DNA of 50,371 bases, filler included, from Streblomastix strix (GCA_008636045.1; 3 parts of 3 records of this genome joined end to end with filler, not necessarily neighbours in it), one strand, 5' to 3'. Shown: positions 1 to 12,557, counted from the whole stretch's first letter. A program made the numbers and translations. The notes: a model not told the origin generated them from the sequence alone.

Positions 1-123
<123 letters not shown>

Positions 124-207
124 TAATTAGAATTTAAATGAATAATTAAATTTAATTAATTAATTATAATATAATATAATATATTTATTATATAATACAT
201 ATAATAG

Positions 208-770
208 GAATTCAGAAATTGTAAGTTCTTGAATTGAATGAGAGTTAAACTAGATGATGGAGATGGAGAATCATATTTGAAAACGAAAGATTTGCATGTT
301 AGTTAAGTGTATCATATATTAGGAAAACACCCCTTATTGTATGATAGTGAAGATTTCACTCTTCATTACAAATTGGGGAATAAAAGACCAGATCAATTAG
401 TGCAACTTCCAATGCTACCTGGATATCCAACGGAAGTTAATGTAGATAGATCTATTGCAGGAGTTAAGACATGCATGAGAGAAGTTGGAGTTAGTCCAGA
501 AGAAGTTGCTGCTCAATGTGAAGCACCTGGAACCAAATGAGAATGTATGAATATTTGGAACATTATTTAAAATATTTAATTATATTTAAATTATTTAATA
601 TTATTATTTTTATACAAAACAGACATTCCTTGGTCTGACATCGCTTCTTGATCCAGACATGACAAACACCGCCTCGAAACAACAATTTATAGACGTGATG
701 TCACAGCCGTGAAGTGTAAAGGGTAGTTATAGTTTCCTCTCTTACAATATTTTACGCTACACTGTCTAAA
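208..770 (+). pseudogene. Partial gene or pseudogene of unknown family with three in-frame TGA codons
   Basis: After AG 206-207 the frame reads EFRNCKFLN*MRVKLDDGDGESYLKTKDLHVSQVYHILGKHPLL...EAPGTK*E; a GT-AG intron (545-622) joins it in phase to YIPWSDIAS*SRHDKHRLETTIYRRDVTAVKCKG. TGA at 235, 538 and 649. 3' end uncertain. Confidence 0.5.
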
Positions 771-1149
771 ATTTATTAATTGTTTTGTTTTATTAATGAC
801 ACATTATTTATTTAAAATATAATTATATTTTATAATAAAATAAATTTAAATTAAACAATTTAAATTAGTATTCATAAAAAAACTTGATCATTTTTTAAAA
901 AATACAAATTATCTGAAATTATCAATCAAACGCTTAATTAAAAAATAAATTATTGAAAATTGTTGAATTTTATTAAATAATTATTATATTAATCAATTTG
1001 ACAATAAAATATAATTAAATAAAAAAATAATAATTTTTTTTATTTTTTTAAATTTTTTCTACAAAGAAGAAGTTTCTTAACCTAAAATTTATTAATTTAT
1101 TTAATGTTGTAAATATTTGGTTTAATTTCATTATCACATATTTAAGTTC

Positions 1150-4100
1150 CCAGAAAACCACTATTTTGTGGAATTGGTCAAAGTTGCACTCATATCTTTC
1201 CCCATTTCCTGTTTACTTTCTTTATCATTAACGTCAGGTTTTACCATTAAATTTATTCATTTTTGATCGGTATTACAATGTTCTCTTTCAATTCTTCTTC
1301 TAACTTTATCTTGTATTACTTTGCTTTTTCTTCTGTTCGGTTAAATTTCAATATCTTTAACTAACGTTATAGCTTGTTAATACTTTGATTATCTTTCCAT
1401 TTGAGAGAAAATCCTTATTGGATGAAATCATTCATGAAAATTATTTCCCGCTATTCCAAGTATCTCGCGGTTTTTCCACTCATTCCTGTCTAATATTTCT
1501 CTATTCTCCTTTTCGGTATCACGATTCTCAAGATCTCTGCCTTCTCATCCTTCCTCCTTTCCTTTTTACTCAGTCCCACTAATCAGGCCAGTCAGTCTCG
1601 GAATCGGGCTCTATTTCTATCTGGTTTTTGGAGTTGAATCGTTGTTTCTGTTTCATGGATCCTGCACTGATCTTGTAGCCTTTGAAGTGGTTTGCGGACT
1701 TGTCTTCAGTAATTGGGGCTACATCTGCCTTTTTTCTCTGCTCCTACTTGGGTGTGAAGTTGTTAAGAGATTCGGAGTTGGCTCTAGCTTCAGGACTCCC
1801 TAAGGATTTATTGGATACGGACTTTAGTTAACCTGTTTTTCTTCAAATATCATGGTCGTTGGTTGTTTGTATCCTTTATTTGGGTACTACAACTTTCCTT
1901 ATAACTTAACCTAATTCTGGAGGTGTGCTGATTAGAAGTTGTTAGCCTTTGGATAATTAAATGTTTGAATTTCTTAGTTCTTATTCGGAATGGTTTGTAT
2001 GTGATGATCCAATTTCTCTTGGTTTATTATTTCCTTTGTCTTGTTCATGTAGGGTTTTGTTGTTGGATCCATGATTGTTTTATTATCCTTTGGTTCTATT
2101 ATCATTCGCTTGCTCGTTAATGCTTTCCTTGTCAGTGTTTTCGATTGCCTGATAGTTTTCGTGTCCATTTTCGTCGGTTACTGCCTGTAACTGCGTCCCT
2201 CAACCTTTTCCCCCGAGTCCATCTGATCTGTTTACATTGTTAGGTGGAGTGTTGGCGGATGAATTTGAGATAATGATCTCGGGATTTGCTTCTCGGTCGA
2301 CTGTGGCCTGAAACTGCATTCCGCTATCAATCTCTCTGAATCCATCGTTTCCGTTTGTGAAATGGTTTTGTTCGATTGCGTGCTCAGATTAGTCATCGTC
2401 TCCATTGTTATCTGTTCCATTAGCTGTGATTTTTTCTACTTCAATGGTTAATTTTTCTTGAACTTCACATTTTTTATTTCTAATTATTCAATTTGTTCTG
2501 TTGCGAATATGATTTAGCCTATTACAGCTTCGGGTATTGATTGGTATATCTGGAGGGGTATGTTAATTAATCAAGATACTCCATCACTGATATTTAGTAG
2601 ACCTGGTATGTATGGTCCCTTTGGTAAATTTGCCCATTTCTCGAGGTCGTCAGTTCGTCAAAGACAATAGGGCACTACGCCCTCGCGTACGTCCCCATCA
2701 AATTATTCCCATTGTTCTTCTGAGAGGCTTAAGGTCTTTAGGTCTGGGTATTGGTATTGGGAGGTAGTACTTAGGTGGATAGAAGAAAAGAGGACCTTCC
2801 TTGTTCGGAAATTTATTATACTATCCTGACAACATGACCTTGGGTTTCTTCTTTTCTTCTTCGATTATTAGCTTCATTATTTCGTGAAACCTTTCAACTT
2901 CATCCATTAGTCGTACATATTGTTGTAGTTTCGGTTATTTTCGGTCTGGTTCCCTTTTCTTGCATCCTCGTGGATCTACTGGAGAAATTATTTTTAATAT
3001 TGCTAATGTTTCTCCCAATGAAGGTGATCGAGAATATTGTTGAAAGTGTGATGAAGAAGATTTGCGGGGTGTATTGTGTTATGTAAATATGTAATTTAAG
3101 TCTATGTTTAGGTTTCATTTAGTATTATAGTCAGGTTACGAGAGTAAAATGAGGTTTTTCAGCTCTGAATGTCTTTATGTTTAGTTTTCATTTACTTCCG
3201 ATTCCTTTTGAATTTGTGTTTGTTGTGTTTGAGATTGTTATTGGTTCTTAACCAATTGTTTTCTATCGAATTCGATCCATTTCTCTTTCTCCATTTGTCT
3301 GAGGCGTTCATCATCCTACAAGCAGTCCTCATCTCCATCAATTCACATTATTATCTTGTTCTCTTTCTCTGTCCAATCTTCTTGTATTTGTTAGCTGTTG
3401 CTGCTACTACTACTACTACTGCTACTACTACTATTCTGTTTCTTTCTCGTTTCTGCCTCGAAGATCTGTTCATCTAATCTCGGACTTTTTAATCCCTTCC
3501 CACTGTCTATTGCCGACTACTTCTCTCTCTCATATATTCTGACAGATTCATTTCTTCTGGACTTGTCATGAGGGCTTTAGGACTTGTATTCTTTTGACAG
3601 ATAGTGTGGAATATTAATTTACTCCAATGAAAAGCCTACATCTGACCAGAACTCTCTCCAATCTCTTAATGTGAAGGGCTTCTGAGTTGTCAGTTTGCTG
3701 TGCCACTTCGAGTTCTTGTATTTGATTACACTGGGATCTCTTACTAAGTCATATCCCCTGTTTTACCATGTTCTCTGTGCTGTTTCTATGCCCTTCATGT
3801 GCGGTGGTAAGTGTGGCATTGTCATTCCCGGGATTATTGCATCCAGAAACTCATCATCTTCTGATTCATCTGCTTTCGTATGTGATGGGGATATTGATCT
3901 TTAACTCTGTCACTACTGTTGATTTCTTTCTGTTGTGTAGGGTAGCAGCGGTATTCGAGAAGTTTGTAATAACGGGTATGCCGAAATTGGTGGAATTAGC
4001 AGGTTTTGTACACTTCTGGCTGATGTTGTACTCTGTCGTGGCCTTTCAACTGTTTATTTTGCTGCTTTTTCTATCTGTTGACTCGATTAACCTGAACCTT

Positions 4101-5300
4101 GTTAGTCTCTTTCGGTTTCTTTATTTGGTAGTCGAGGTTCACTTATTTGTGTTTATGGTAGGTTCACCGTTGGTAAAAATGGATTTTGTGGTGGCATAAT
4201 CGGGAACTGAACTGGTTAAATCGAGTATTGCATTGGTTTCCTAGATTATTGGAAGGGGTATTATGGTTATTATTATCCCTGAATCTATTGTTGAGTGAGA
4301 TGGTTGTAAAAGGGATTGAATAGTGAGAATAGATTCAGGCTCTACTGTTGTAATTGACTTAATAATGATAAAAACGCAGTCAGTTGGGTTTATGGTGTCT
4401 GTTTTCTAGCAAGATCCTGAGCCCATTCTGGTGGTATTATCTCTGGCTTGCACCTATTCTTGTCTATAAATTGTTGCACAGTCAGCTTCTTCAGTTCTTG
4501 CTCCAGTTCTCCTGTGAAGCTTACAATTCTCGTTAATTACACATCTTCAGGAGCCATATGTGCTCGCTCTGTCTGAGGTAATGCTCGTAATGATCTCCGC
4601 ATCTAATTCTTGTATCCTGGACGTATTACTGGTGACAGTTGCGTCTTCAGTAGGTTGCCTTGCTCTGTCGTGTCCATCAGCGCTCGCATCATGTTCACCT
4701 TGTAAATCGTGTTATATATGCTTATGAACATGCTCAGATTAAACTTTAGAGTCGCTTTCCAATCTCGTTTTACTATCTAAATCAGTGTTCTCTATGACAG
4801 TCTGTACTATTGCAGCAATTTCGTTTCCGGATCTGTGAGAACATTAATCAAAAGCGAGCATCGGTTGCGCAGTTGGATTATTATGTTTTGGTGGTTTTCT
4901 GCGCGTCAACAAGTCCGTGGCTGCTCTTGCGCGTTTTCTAGCTTCTACCGCTATTTCTTCCGATGACATTTCCGCGTAAAAATCGATTTGCCACGTTTAT
5001 TGTCCTGGGAGTCCAGCCAAAAACACCAGTACTGCTGTTATCGCGTCGGACGGTACTTCATCTGGTGTTGCTATTGTTTAGTCAGGGTCCAGTGGATCTA
5101 TCTCCAAGTTCTGGCGGAACGCGTTCGCAAACGTCGATTGCGGCTGTGCTGCGGTCTGCAGCTGGTTTTGCGGTACTAAGTTCGCGTAATTCGGTGTTTA
5201 GTACGAATCTCTGCTCGATGGACGTTTGCTGGTGAAATTAGACTTGCGCTATATCGTTTCTTTTGCAGTTATAAATTGACCACCCCTTTGTAAACATTTT
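1150..5300 (-). mobile_element. Decayed DIRS/Ngaro-like retrotransposon: long ORF1 plus the start of reverse transcriptase, 3'-truncated
   Basis: GC-richer, intronless ~4.1 kb block with long minus-strand frames broken by frameshifts and TGAs (3910-3912, 3343-3345, 3115-3117). It ends in GKTARYLEQRE..FIQQGFSLKW..KLEEELKENIVIPIKNEQIQWQNLTLMIKKVNRKWGKI (~1190-1480), resembling the DIRS-type RT N-terminus (G-R-L..W..GY..; F.v.K..G.wR.ilD). No RT core, RNase H or tyrosine recombinase is left. Boundaries approximate. Confidence 0.72.
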
Positions 5301-5593
5301 TTGGGGAATGACCAGAAGAATCACTTCAAATAGTTGATGGCAATGACTCATGAAAGGTGAAGTTGTTGGGTATAATATATATATTTCTCAATTGCAAAAG
5401 TGGGATTATTGGTAATTTTTTAACTATGGCGCTGTGGATTGATTATTGGAGTTAAATTTTAGGTAATTTATATTAAAATAATTTATTAAATTGATGTAAT
5501 ATATAAATTTAAAATTGCAATCATGTGTTTCGCTGTTATGACAAATAAAGTAAAATAATTAAAAAAAAATAAAATTAATAAAATAATATTGAA

Positions 5594-5621
<28 letters not shown>
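5594..5621. repeat. (TA)n microsatellite
   Basis: About 14 AT dinucleotide units. Confidence 0.9.
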
Positions 5622-5625
<4 letters not shown>

Positions 5626-6149
5626 TTCAAATATAAATTTGTATCGCTGGGGTCGTAACGTAGGTGCTGTCACACTTAAACTGCATCTTTAGTAGATATT
5701 GGTTCGAATTACACTCGAACCATTGTTGGTAGATACTCCAATGAGGGTTTCTATTATTTTTTTGATAATATGCTAATTTTTAAATTAAAATACTTAATAT
5801 TTAATTAATAAATTTATTGATGATAAATCATTAATAGTAGATAATATTAAATTAATCAATTTTATTAAACATTTGAACATTATATTTAAAAAATAATTTA
5901 ATATAAATGATTTAGAGTATCAATTTGAAGGTAAAATAATATAATAATGTTTGATGATTTATCTCAATATTTTTTTAAAATATCGTGCAGAACGAATAAA
6001 GTTAAATATTGAACTATAATCAAAAACAAAATAAATTTAATAGCTTCAATGAATCAAAAATATTTTCAAAAGTTAAATAAAATATAAAAGAGAAATAATT
6101 TAAGATATTAAATTGAAATCGCTAAAAAAGAACTAAGAACCATATTTTT

Positions 6150-6960
6150 CAGCTGAATTAAAGAGCTGGGAAATTGATGTTGTATTTATAATGCATCCAT
6201 CAATTTACAAAGTAATTTAACGGTATTTATTTTTCAATAATATTGTTATAGAAATTTATCGAATTCTATTTGTCTGTTTAGGCTACATTGTTTTGAATAT
6301 ATTTTATAAATTTCTATTTCCTTTTAAAGGATTATATTTAAATATTTATAATTAAATCTCTACAATTGTCTTTAATTTTAGATTAATTTCTAAATCTTAT
6401 ATTTATTTTTCATCTTCATTTAATTTAAATTAACACCTTCATCATTTTAAATCCCTTCATCATTTTTAAATCATTAGTTGGACTATAATTTTGGAAAGTG
6501 AATTTAAATATCATATTCAATATCTCTGAAAATCTCATATAATAAGCAATGTTATAGTGAAAAATTATCTACATATGTCAATGTGTAAGCCAAGCGGAAT
6601 ATTAGTCATTCAATATTATCAAATGTCGAAGTATGAAAATTTGTTGCAATATAATTGACAATTTTTAATCATTTCTATTTCTAAAGTTTGTTCAATATTA
6701 TCTTAATGCTGAAAGCAACAATCTTATAGAATCAATTATCGAAAATAATTTTCAAATAATAAATGATTTCAGTTCGTTTATAGAGTTTGCAATCAGTTTA
6801 CTTACTTATTTGCATGAATCATAAAGTTTTATAATATGACAAATAAAAATATTTGTTAGAGTGGTTAGTTTTTTATTAATAAATACAATATTTAAGTCCA
6901 TTTTTAGTTCCAAAAACTAATGCTAAAGTAGATTATGCTCCAAAAGCGTTTAGAATAAGC
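6150..6960 (-). pseudogene. Possible degenerate coding remnant, family unknown
   Basis: Minus-strand stretches read like protein in code 6 (e.g. YEIFRDIEYDIQIHFPKLQSNQ*FKNDEGIQNDEGVNLNQNEDEKQIQDLEINLKIKDNC) but contain several TGAs; no motif recognised. Confidence 0.25.
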
Positions 6961-7028
6961 TTATAAGGGAGATTTATCCAATTTGAGTAGAAATTTCTGA
7001 AGAATTATATTAATTTAATAAATATATA

Positions 7029-7191
7029 GGGTTGTTGGTGAATCCAAAACCTGTGGTGAAGTCAAAACCGCACTTTTTGATATCTGTAAAATTTAAAATT
7101 CATTTACATATTTATATATGTTGTAAAGTCTATATTTGAAATATATGTAAATTAGGTTAAGAAATACGATTTTTGGATTCACCAACAACCC
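7029..7191. mobile_element. MITE (163 bp) with perfect terminal inverted repeats and TA flanks, Tc1/mariner-like
   Basis: ATAGGGTTGTTGGTGAATCCAAAA (7026-7049) is the exact reverse complement of TTTTGGATTCACCAACAACCCTAT (7171-7194); TA at 7027-7028 and 7192-7193 fits a TA target duplication; non-coding AT-rich interior. Confidence 0.85.
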
Positions 7192-7372
7192 TATTTATAT
7201 ATATTAACGTAATACTAAAATTTTTTTATCGCAAGATTACTTTATTTTTTCTTTAATATACTAATTAAATAGTTTATTTTCAAAAGATAGAAACTCGAAT
7301 TTTTTGATTGTAAAACTCGTTAGAAGAATTTGCTAATTGTTTCATAAAAGAAGATATATATTCAATTTATTT

Positions 7373-7835
7373 TAGGGAAATCAAAATAGCGCTTAAAAAT
7401 GCTGTAAAAAGCGCTTAAAAATGCTGTTAAAAGCGCTGTAAAGCGCGGAGCATTAAATTTTCGTTTAAAAATAGATAATTTTTTAATTTGAAAACGATTT
7501 ATCAATTTATATGAATAAATTTACATTTTCAATCAATAATGGCATTAAATAAATTTGTAGGAGCGGAGTAAATTGAGCGCGAAAAATCAATTTTTTTTTA
7601 AAATGCTTATAATTCGGACTAATAATGAATAGTAACGACGCTGTATAAGAATAAAATATATAATTTGCTTAATTGATAAGTATTATTATTTTAAATAATA
7701 AAGTAATTGCTTATTAATTGAAAAAAAAATTAGAATTTTTTGATCATTTTATTGAACAGATAAATTTAATTGGAGCGCTTTTAATTTTGCTCTGCGCGCG
7801 TTTAGCGCTCTTAAAAGCGCTTTTGTCTAACACTA
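7373..7835. mobile_element. Possible non-autonomous DNA transposon (hAT-like ends) with subterminal AGCGCT repeats
   Basis: Left end TAGGGAAATCAAAATAGCGCTT versus right-end reverse complement TAGTGTTAGACAAAAGCGCTT; AGCGC(T) clusters at 7388-7450 (including a 22-bp tandem duplication) and 7774-7822. No clean 8-bp TSD. Confidence 0.45.
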
Positions 7836-8160
7836 ATTAAAATAATAATTATACTAATTTTTTTTTTTTAATTGTTATGCAATTTTCATTTTCACCTACC
7901 ATTATGGGACAAATTCATAACTTAGTCTTTTGATATTAATTTTAAATCGCAAAAAACACCAGCCAAACTCATACGCAGCCTAATGACCGCCAAGGTGGTT
8001 AGGTGGTCACTTGTGCATGTTATTCCAATCAAACCAATCTTACAAATTATTTAAAAGTTTTATAAAATATATAAATCTAATATTTTTAATTGAAAGATAT
8101 AAATATATTGCTGAATAATTTAAACATTATTTATATTATTATAAAATGATTATGATACAA

Positions 8161-11100
8161 TCACCATGTTAGAGTTTAATGATCAGATTGAATAGTAAGA
8201 GTGCTCTCATCTGATATTTCAACTTTGAGAATTTCAATAGAAGATTTGGAATAAAAGAGTTAAACCTAAAATAATAAACAATATAATAGAAATTGAATTT
8301 AATTGAATAATGAAAAATAATAGTAAAACATACACAAAAGCGGAATACCTAAGGAATTTTAATAATTACATTTTTTTGTTATTTCTCATTAACTGCAAAG
8401 CTGAGTGTTGCTGAATTTTCATTCAATTTATCAGTTGGAGGTAAAAACACTTCGAGTTAAACAATATCATCATTCTCAAATTTATCATTTGTACAGACAA
8501 TTTGACCACCGTGTATTATTTGACCTCTGTTAATAAATTAAAATTATGAAAATAAACTTTATATGAATATATTTATTAAAATTATATGAGCAAACGATGT
8601 TCCATCATAAGCTATACTGTCTATTTATTAAATTGCATAAAATATGAAAAATACAATAATATAAATTTAATTTTAAATTATTTTAAATTAAATATTTTCA
8701 ATCATACTTTCATCCATGCCGAGTTCACTATCGTTGGCGACATCGGTAATCGTATCAACAATACCAATTCCTAATAAATAAAAAATATTGATAAAATATC
8801 TGTAATAATGAATAACAAAGTATACGCCTGAATACGCCTTAAGGTTGGTCAAAGAATCGAGCAATAATACGAATAAATTGTTGTTTGTCTGGAAAAGGAC
8901 GAAAAATTGGATCTAATCCCATTGTTGTATTCTTGTCAGATATATCTGGAACTACAAGTTTGATGGAATGGATTTTATTTTCAGTGTTGTTTTGTACGAC
9001 TAACAATGAATCTTGTTCTTTCTCTATAAATCCAAGATCTAAGTCAATATCCCAAACAAGCATTGGAGTAACATGTACCAAGTTCATTTCTTAAATTATT
9101 TTAAGAATGTGAGGATGAGCAAGAATTTATTCTGTAGATGGACGATAATTTGGATTCTAAAATATAATATTATCATCAAAATATTAATTAATATTTGAGT
9201 ATAATATATTTATCTTTTATCAATAAATTAAAATATACCGCTGTTCGTAGAGAATTAATAAGTTCAATCAATTCTGAGCTATAACAATGAAGAATGATCG
9301 GTGACTTTTATTTTCCAGTACGTTAAATATATGGTGGTTATTATGTGAGAATCTCAATCATAACCTAACCAACATCATAAATATCCGAAGAAAAATTATA
9401 TTTGATCGAAGACGTTGGAAATTGGCTCAAATGGATTCTAATTAATTAAAATTTTGAAAAAAAATATAAAAAATATATAATTTTTGTACAATTTAAATTA
9501 AAAAATAGAGCTGATACTTATTTTCAGGATTGTTAGAATCAGTGTCTTGTTAAGAATCAAGATACTTGGAAAAATTGAACCCGCTCACTCTAATTGTACC
9601 ATCAGAAGCTAATAGAATGAATCGTTGTTTCAAATTTTTATGTAAAATGCCTTTTGAGTGAAGATATTTTACTACTAAAGTCATCTAAATTAGAAAATTC
9701 CATGCTTATTCCTCGGAAATAGATTCACCCTTTTCTTTTTTCATCATATAGAACTCTCTCAAACTTCCATTTTCATAAATTTCATTGACAATATAGATGT
9801 TATTTTCATGTTAGAACGCTTCAATGAATTCCACAAGATGTTTGTGATGTAATTTCTGTAAAATCTTAGTTTTATTTATTAACTTATTTTCTTCTTCAAT
9901 GTTTCTACAATAAATCTCTTAATACACAAAGAATTTGTTGTCAGATTTACGTTTGATTTTATAAACTTCACCAAATCCACCGCTTCCAAGTTTCTCAATT
10001 TTTTTGTAATTTTCAAATTTAACTTTTCCAATTTAAAGTCTGTAATTATTTAATAGATAAATAATAATTATTATTATATCAGTAAAATAAATCTAAAATA
10101 ATTTATTATACCTTTCTGATCTATTAATTTGCTATTACAGATTTTTATTATCATTTTAAATTTTTAAAGTCTTTTCAGACTCTTCTTCAATTTTCTTTCT
10201 CTCAATTTCTTTCTATCTTTCAATTTCTCTATTGTTTAGGACCATTCCACATACAAGTCGTTCAGCAATTTTTTCATCAGTAGCAACTTTTTCAATTTAA
10301 GCTTAATGTTTCATAATCTCAGTTGCAAGCAGATCTTCAACAGTTGGACGTTTGGTTATATCCTATAATTTAATTATTAATAAATTGAAAATGAATAATA
10401 AGAATGAAACAAACAACNNNNNNNNNNNNNNNNNNNNNNNNNNNNNNNNNNNNNNNNNNNNNNNNNNNNNNNNNNNNNNNNNNNNNNNNNNNNNNNNNNN
10501 NNNNNNNNNNNNNNNNNTTCAATTTAAGCTTAATGTTTCATAATCTCAGTTGCAAGCAGATCTTCAACAGTTGGACGTTTGGTTATATCCTATAATTTAA
10601 TTATTAATAAATTGAAAATGAATAATAAGAATGAAACAAACAACAGAAAGCATTTTAACGATCATTTTTTTCATTTCTCCTTAAACATGATCAGGAAGAG
10701 GTGCAAATTTCCCATCTCTGATTTTCGTTGATATTTCTTCTTAATTTCGTCCAGTGAATGGATGAACACCTGCCACAAGCTCTGTTACTATAACTCCAAC
10801 TGCCCATATATCACTCTCTATCATCATACGATTCTGCGAAAATGATTCTGGTGGTGCATAGTTGCTATTAAATAAAATTGAATAAAAAGATGATATAAAG
10901 AAAATTAATGTAAATTAAAAAAGAAATATACAATGTTCCAGCTGTTTTCAGGTATGATTTACTTTCTATCATTTCAGCCAATCCAAAATCGGCTAAATTA
11001 TAAACAAAAAATATTTTAAAAATTAATATATGTAAATTAAAATAAATATTTTTATATACCTAACTTAGCATTTCCATCTTTATCAATGAGGATGTTTTCA

Positions 11101-12557
11101 GGTTTCAAATCTCGGTGCGCAATATTGTTCGAGTGCAAAACTTATAAACCTGAAACGATCTGGAATGTATATTTGTGGCTTAACTATGATAATAATATAA
11201 AAAAATAATAATACATTAGAATAGGCAAAATAGATCTTACCTCCATCCTTTCTTCTATTGGCATTGATTGCATCTTTTCTAATTGTCCCCGAAGATTTCC
11301 ACCGATACAAAATTCTTGAAGCATACATAAGTCAAGATCATACTTGAATTTTCCAATAAATCTGACAGTATATCGAGATTATGCCTTTTTTAACATTGAT
11401 ATTTCTTGATCAGCAAGTTTGATTTTATCTGAACTTTTGTATGGAACGCGTTTAATGGCAATTATAATATCAGCGAACTTATATTTAACTACAATAACTC
11501 GTCCAAATGCACCAGATGAAAGTTCTCTGATTAATTCAACTAAAACCAGGAATAAAAAAAATAAAATGAATTTATAAATAATATAAATGTTTATAAAAAA
11601 TTCATTCGTACAATCATTATATTATAGCTATTCAATTTTTTCTTAAAGCTCTTCAACAGACATTGAAGATACTGCTAATTCTTGATCTGAATTAATTTAA
11701 TGATCTTCTCCATCATGTGTGTCTGATAGTTTGATATTTAATGTAAGATTATTAACTAATTGTTTAGATTTAAGTAAATTTTATTGTGCTATTAGTTGAG
11801 AATGAGGATTATGCGCGTTTAATTTGGAAGAAGAAAATGGAAATGGGCATTCTCGAAGATATTCTTGTGGAATTTATATTTCTCTGATAACAATTGCGTA
11901 CTATTTATTTTCTTTTTTAGATTTACAAATAATCTCACCTTTTTACACTGGAAGCAAATTAGTATTACCTTCTTTCCCAACACAATCAGCAACGACTTCA
12001 AAAAATCGCACAGAATCTTATGAGTAAATATCAACAGTTTGAGATGCATTTTCTTATTTTTCATGTTTGCTTAATTCTTAGCTATTAGTAATATTTTCAG
12101 AAGTTTCTTCTGTTAATTTTTCCTCATTTGTTGTAGTTTCTGAGATCCGAGAAGAAATAAATGGTGGAAGTTGTGTAATAGTTTCAGTAAATTATTACTA
12201 ATTAAATGAATAATTGGTAGAATCTCCTTTGGCTTCTTTTTATTCAATGGATTAAGATTTACTGATTTATGAAATGGACAGTTCTGTCTTCTGTGATTAA
12301 GAATCTGGAATTGTTGTGTTTGTTAGTGATGTGAAATTTTCATGAATTGAATTAATAATTTAAGGAGGTAGTGAACATGCACAAAGTTTTCCCTTTGGAA
12401 CTTTCAACATCTAACCATCTTTTTCCACAGTGAAAAAATCAAACTCTTTCTTGATCAATTTGACAATATCACCTTTTGATAAGAGGAGCAAACAAACGTT
12501 GCCCTCCATAACAGGATAATTCGTAACCAATTCAAAATATTCATCTGTTTGTGCCAT
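8161..12557 (-). CDS. Multi-exon protein: two SH3-like domains, NEK-like Ser/Thr kinase, coiled coil, pseudokinase, SPRY-like domain
   Basis: ATG 12557, TGA 8163-8161, GT-AG introns phase-consistent by hand. Kinase 1: SSGAFGRV, IAIK, HRDLKPEN, ADFG, YAPPE, SDIWAVG, KRPT. Kinase 2: GSGGFGEV but FVYQ, HKNLKQRF, SGFN. C-terminus RIGIVD..LGMDENSIAYDG..FENDDIVQLE..TLSFAVNEKQQ. Spans the assembly gap and duplication at 10291-10644. Confidence 0.88.
10291..10644. other. Scaffold gap with duplicated overlap (assembly artefact)
   Basis: 10291-10417 is identical to 10518-10644 (127 nt) on either side of 100 N; collapsing it restores a single kinase exon. Confidence 0.9.

Noticed and set aside
655..705. 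SECIS element for the upstream TGA codons (ATGA..AAA..TGA)
   Set aside because: Helix II does not base-pair and the segment appears to be coding exon.
5646..5722. tRNA gene (GGTTCGAAT T-loop motif, ends in CCA)
   Set aside because: The T-stem (ATTGG/TACAC), acceptor stem and anticodon stem do not pair; no cloverleaf.
10291..10644. Tandem duplication of a kinase exon
   Set aside because: Exact 127-nt copies flanking a 100-N gap are a typical uncollapsed scaffold overlap.
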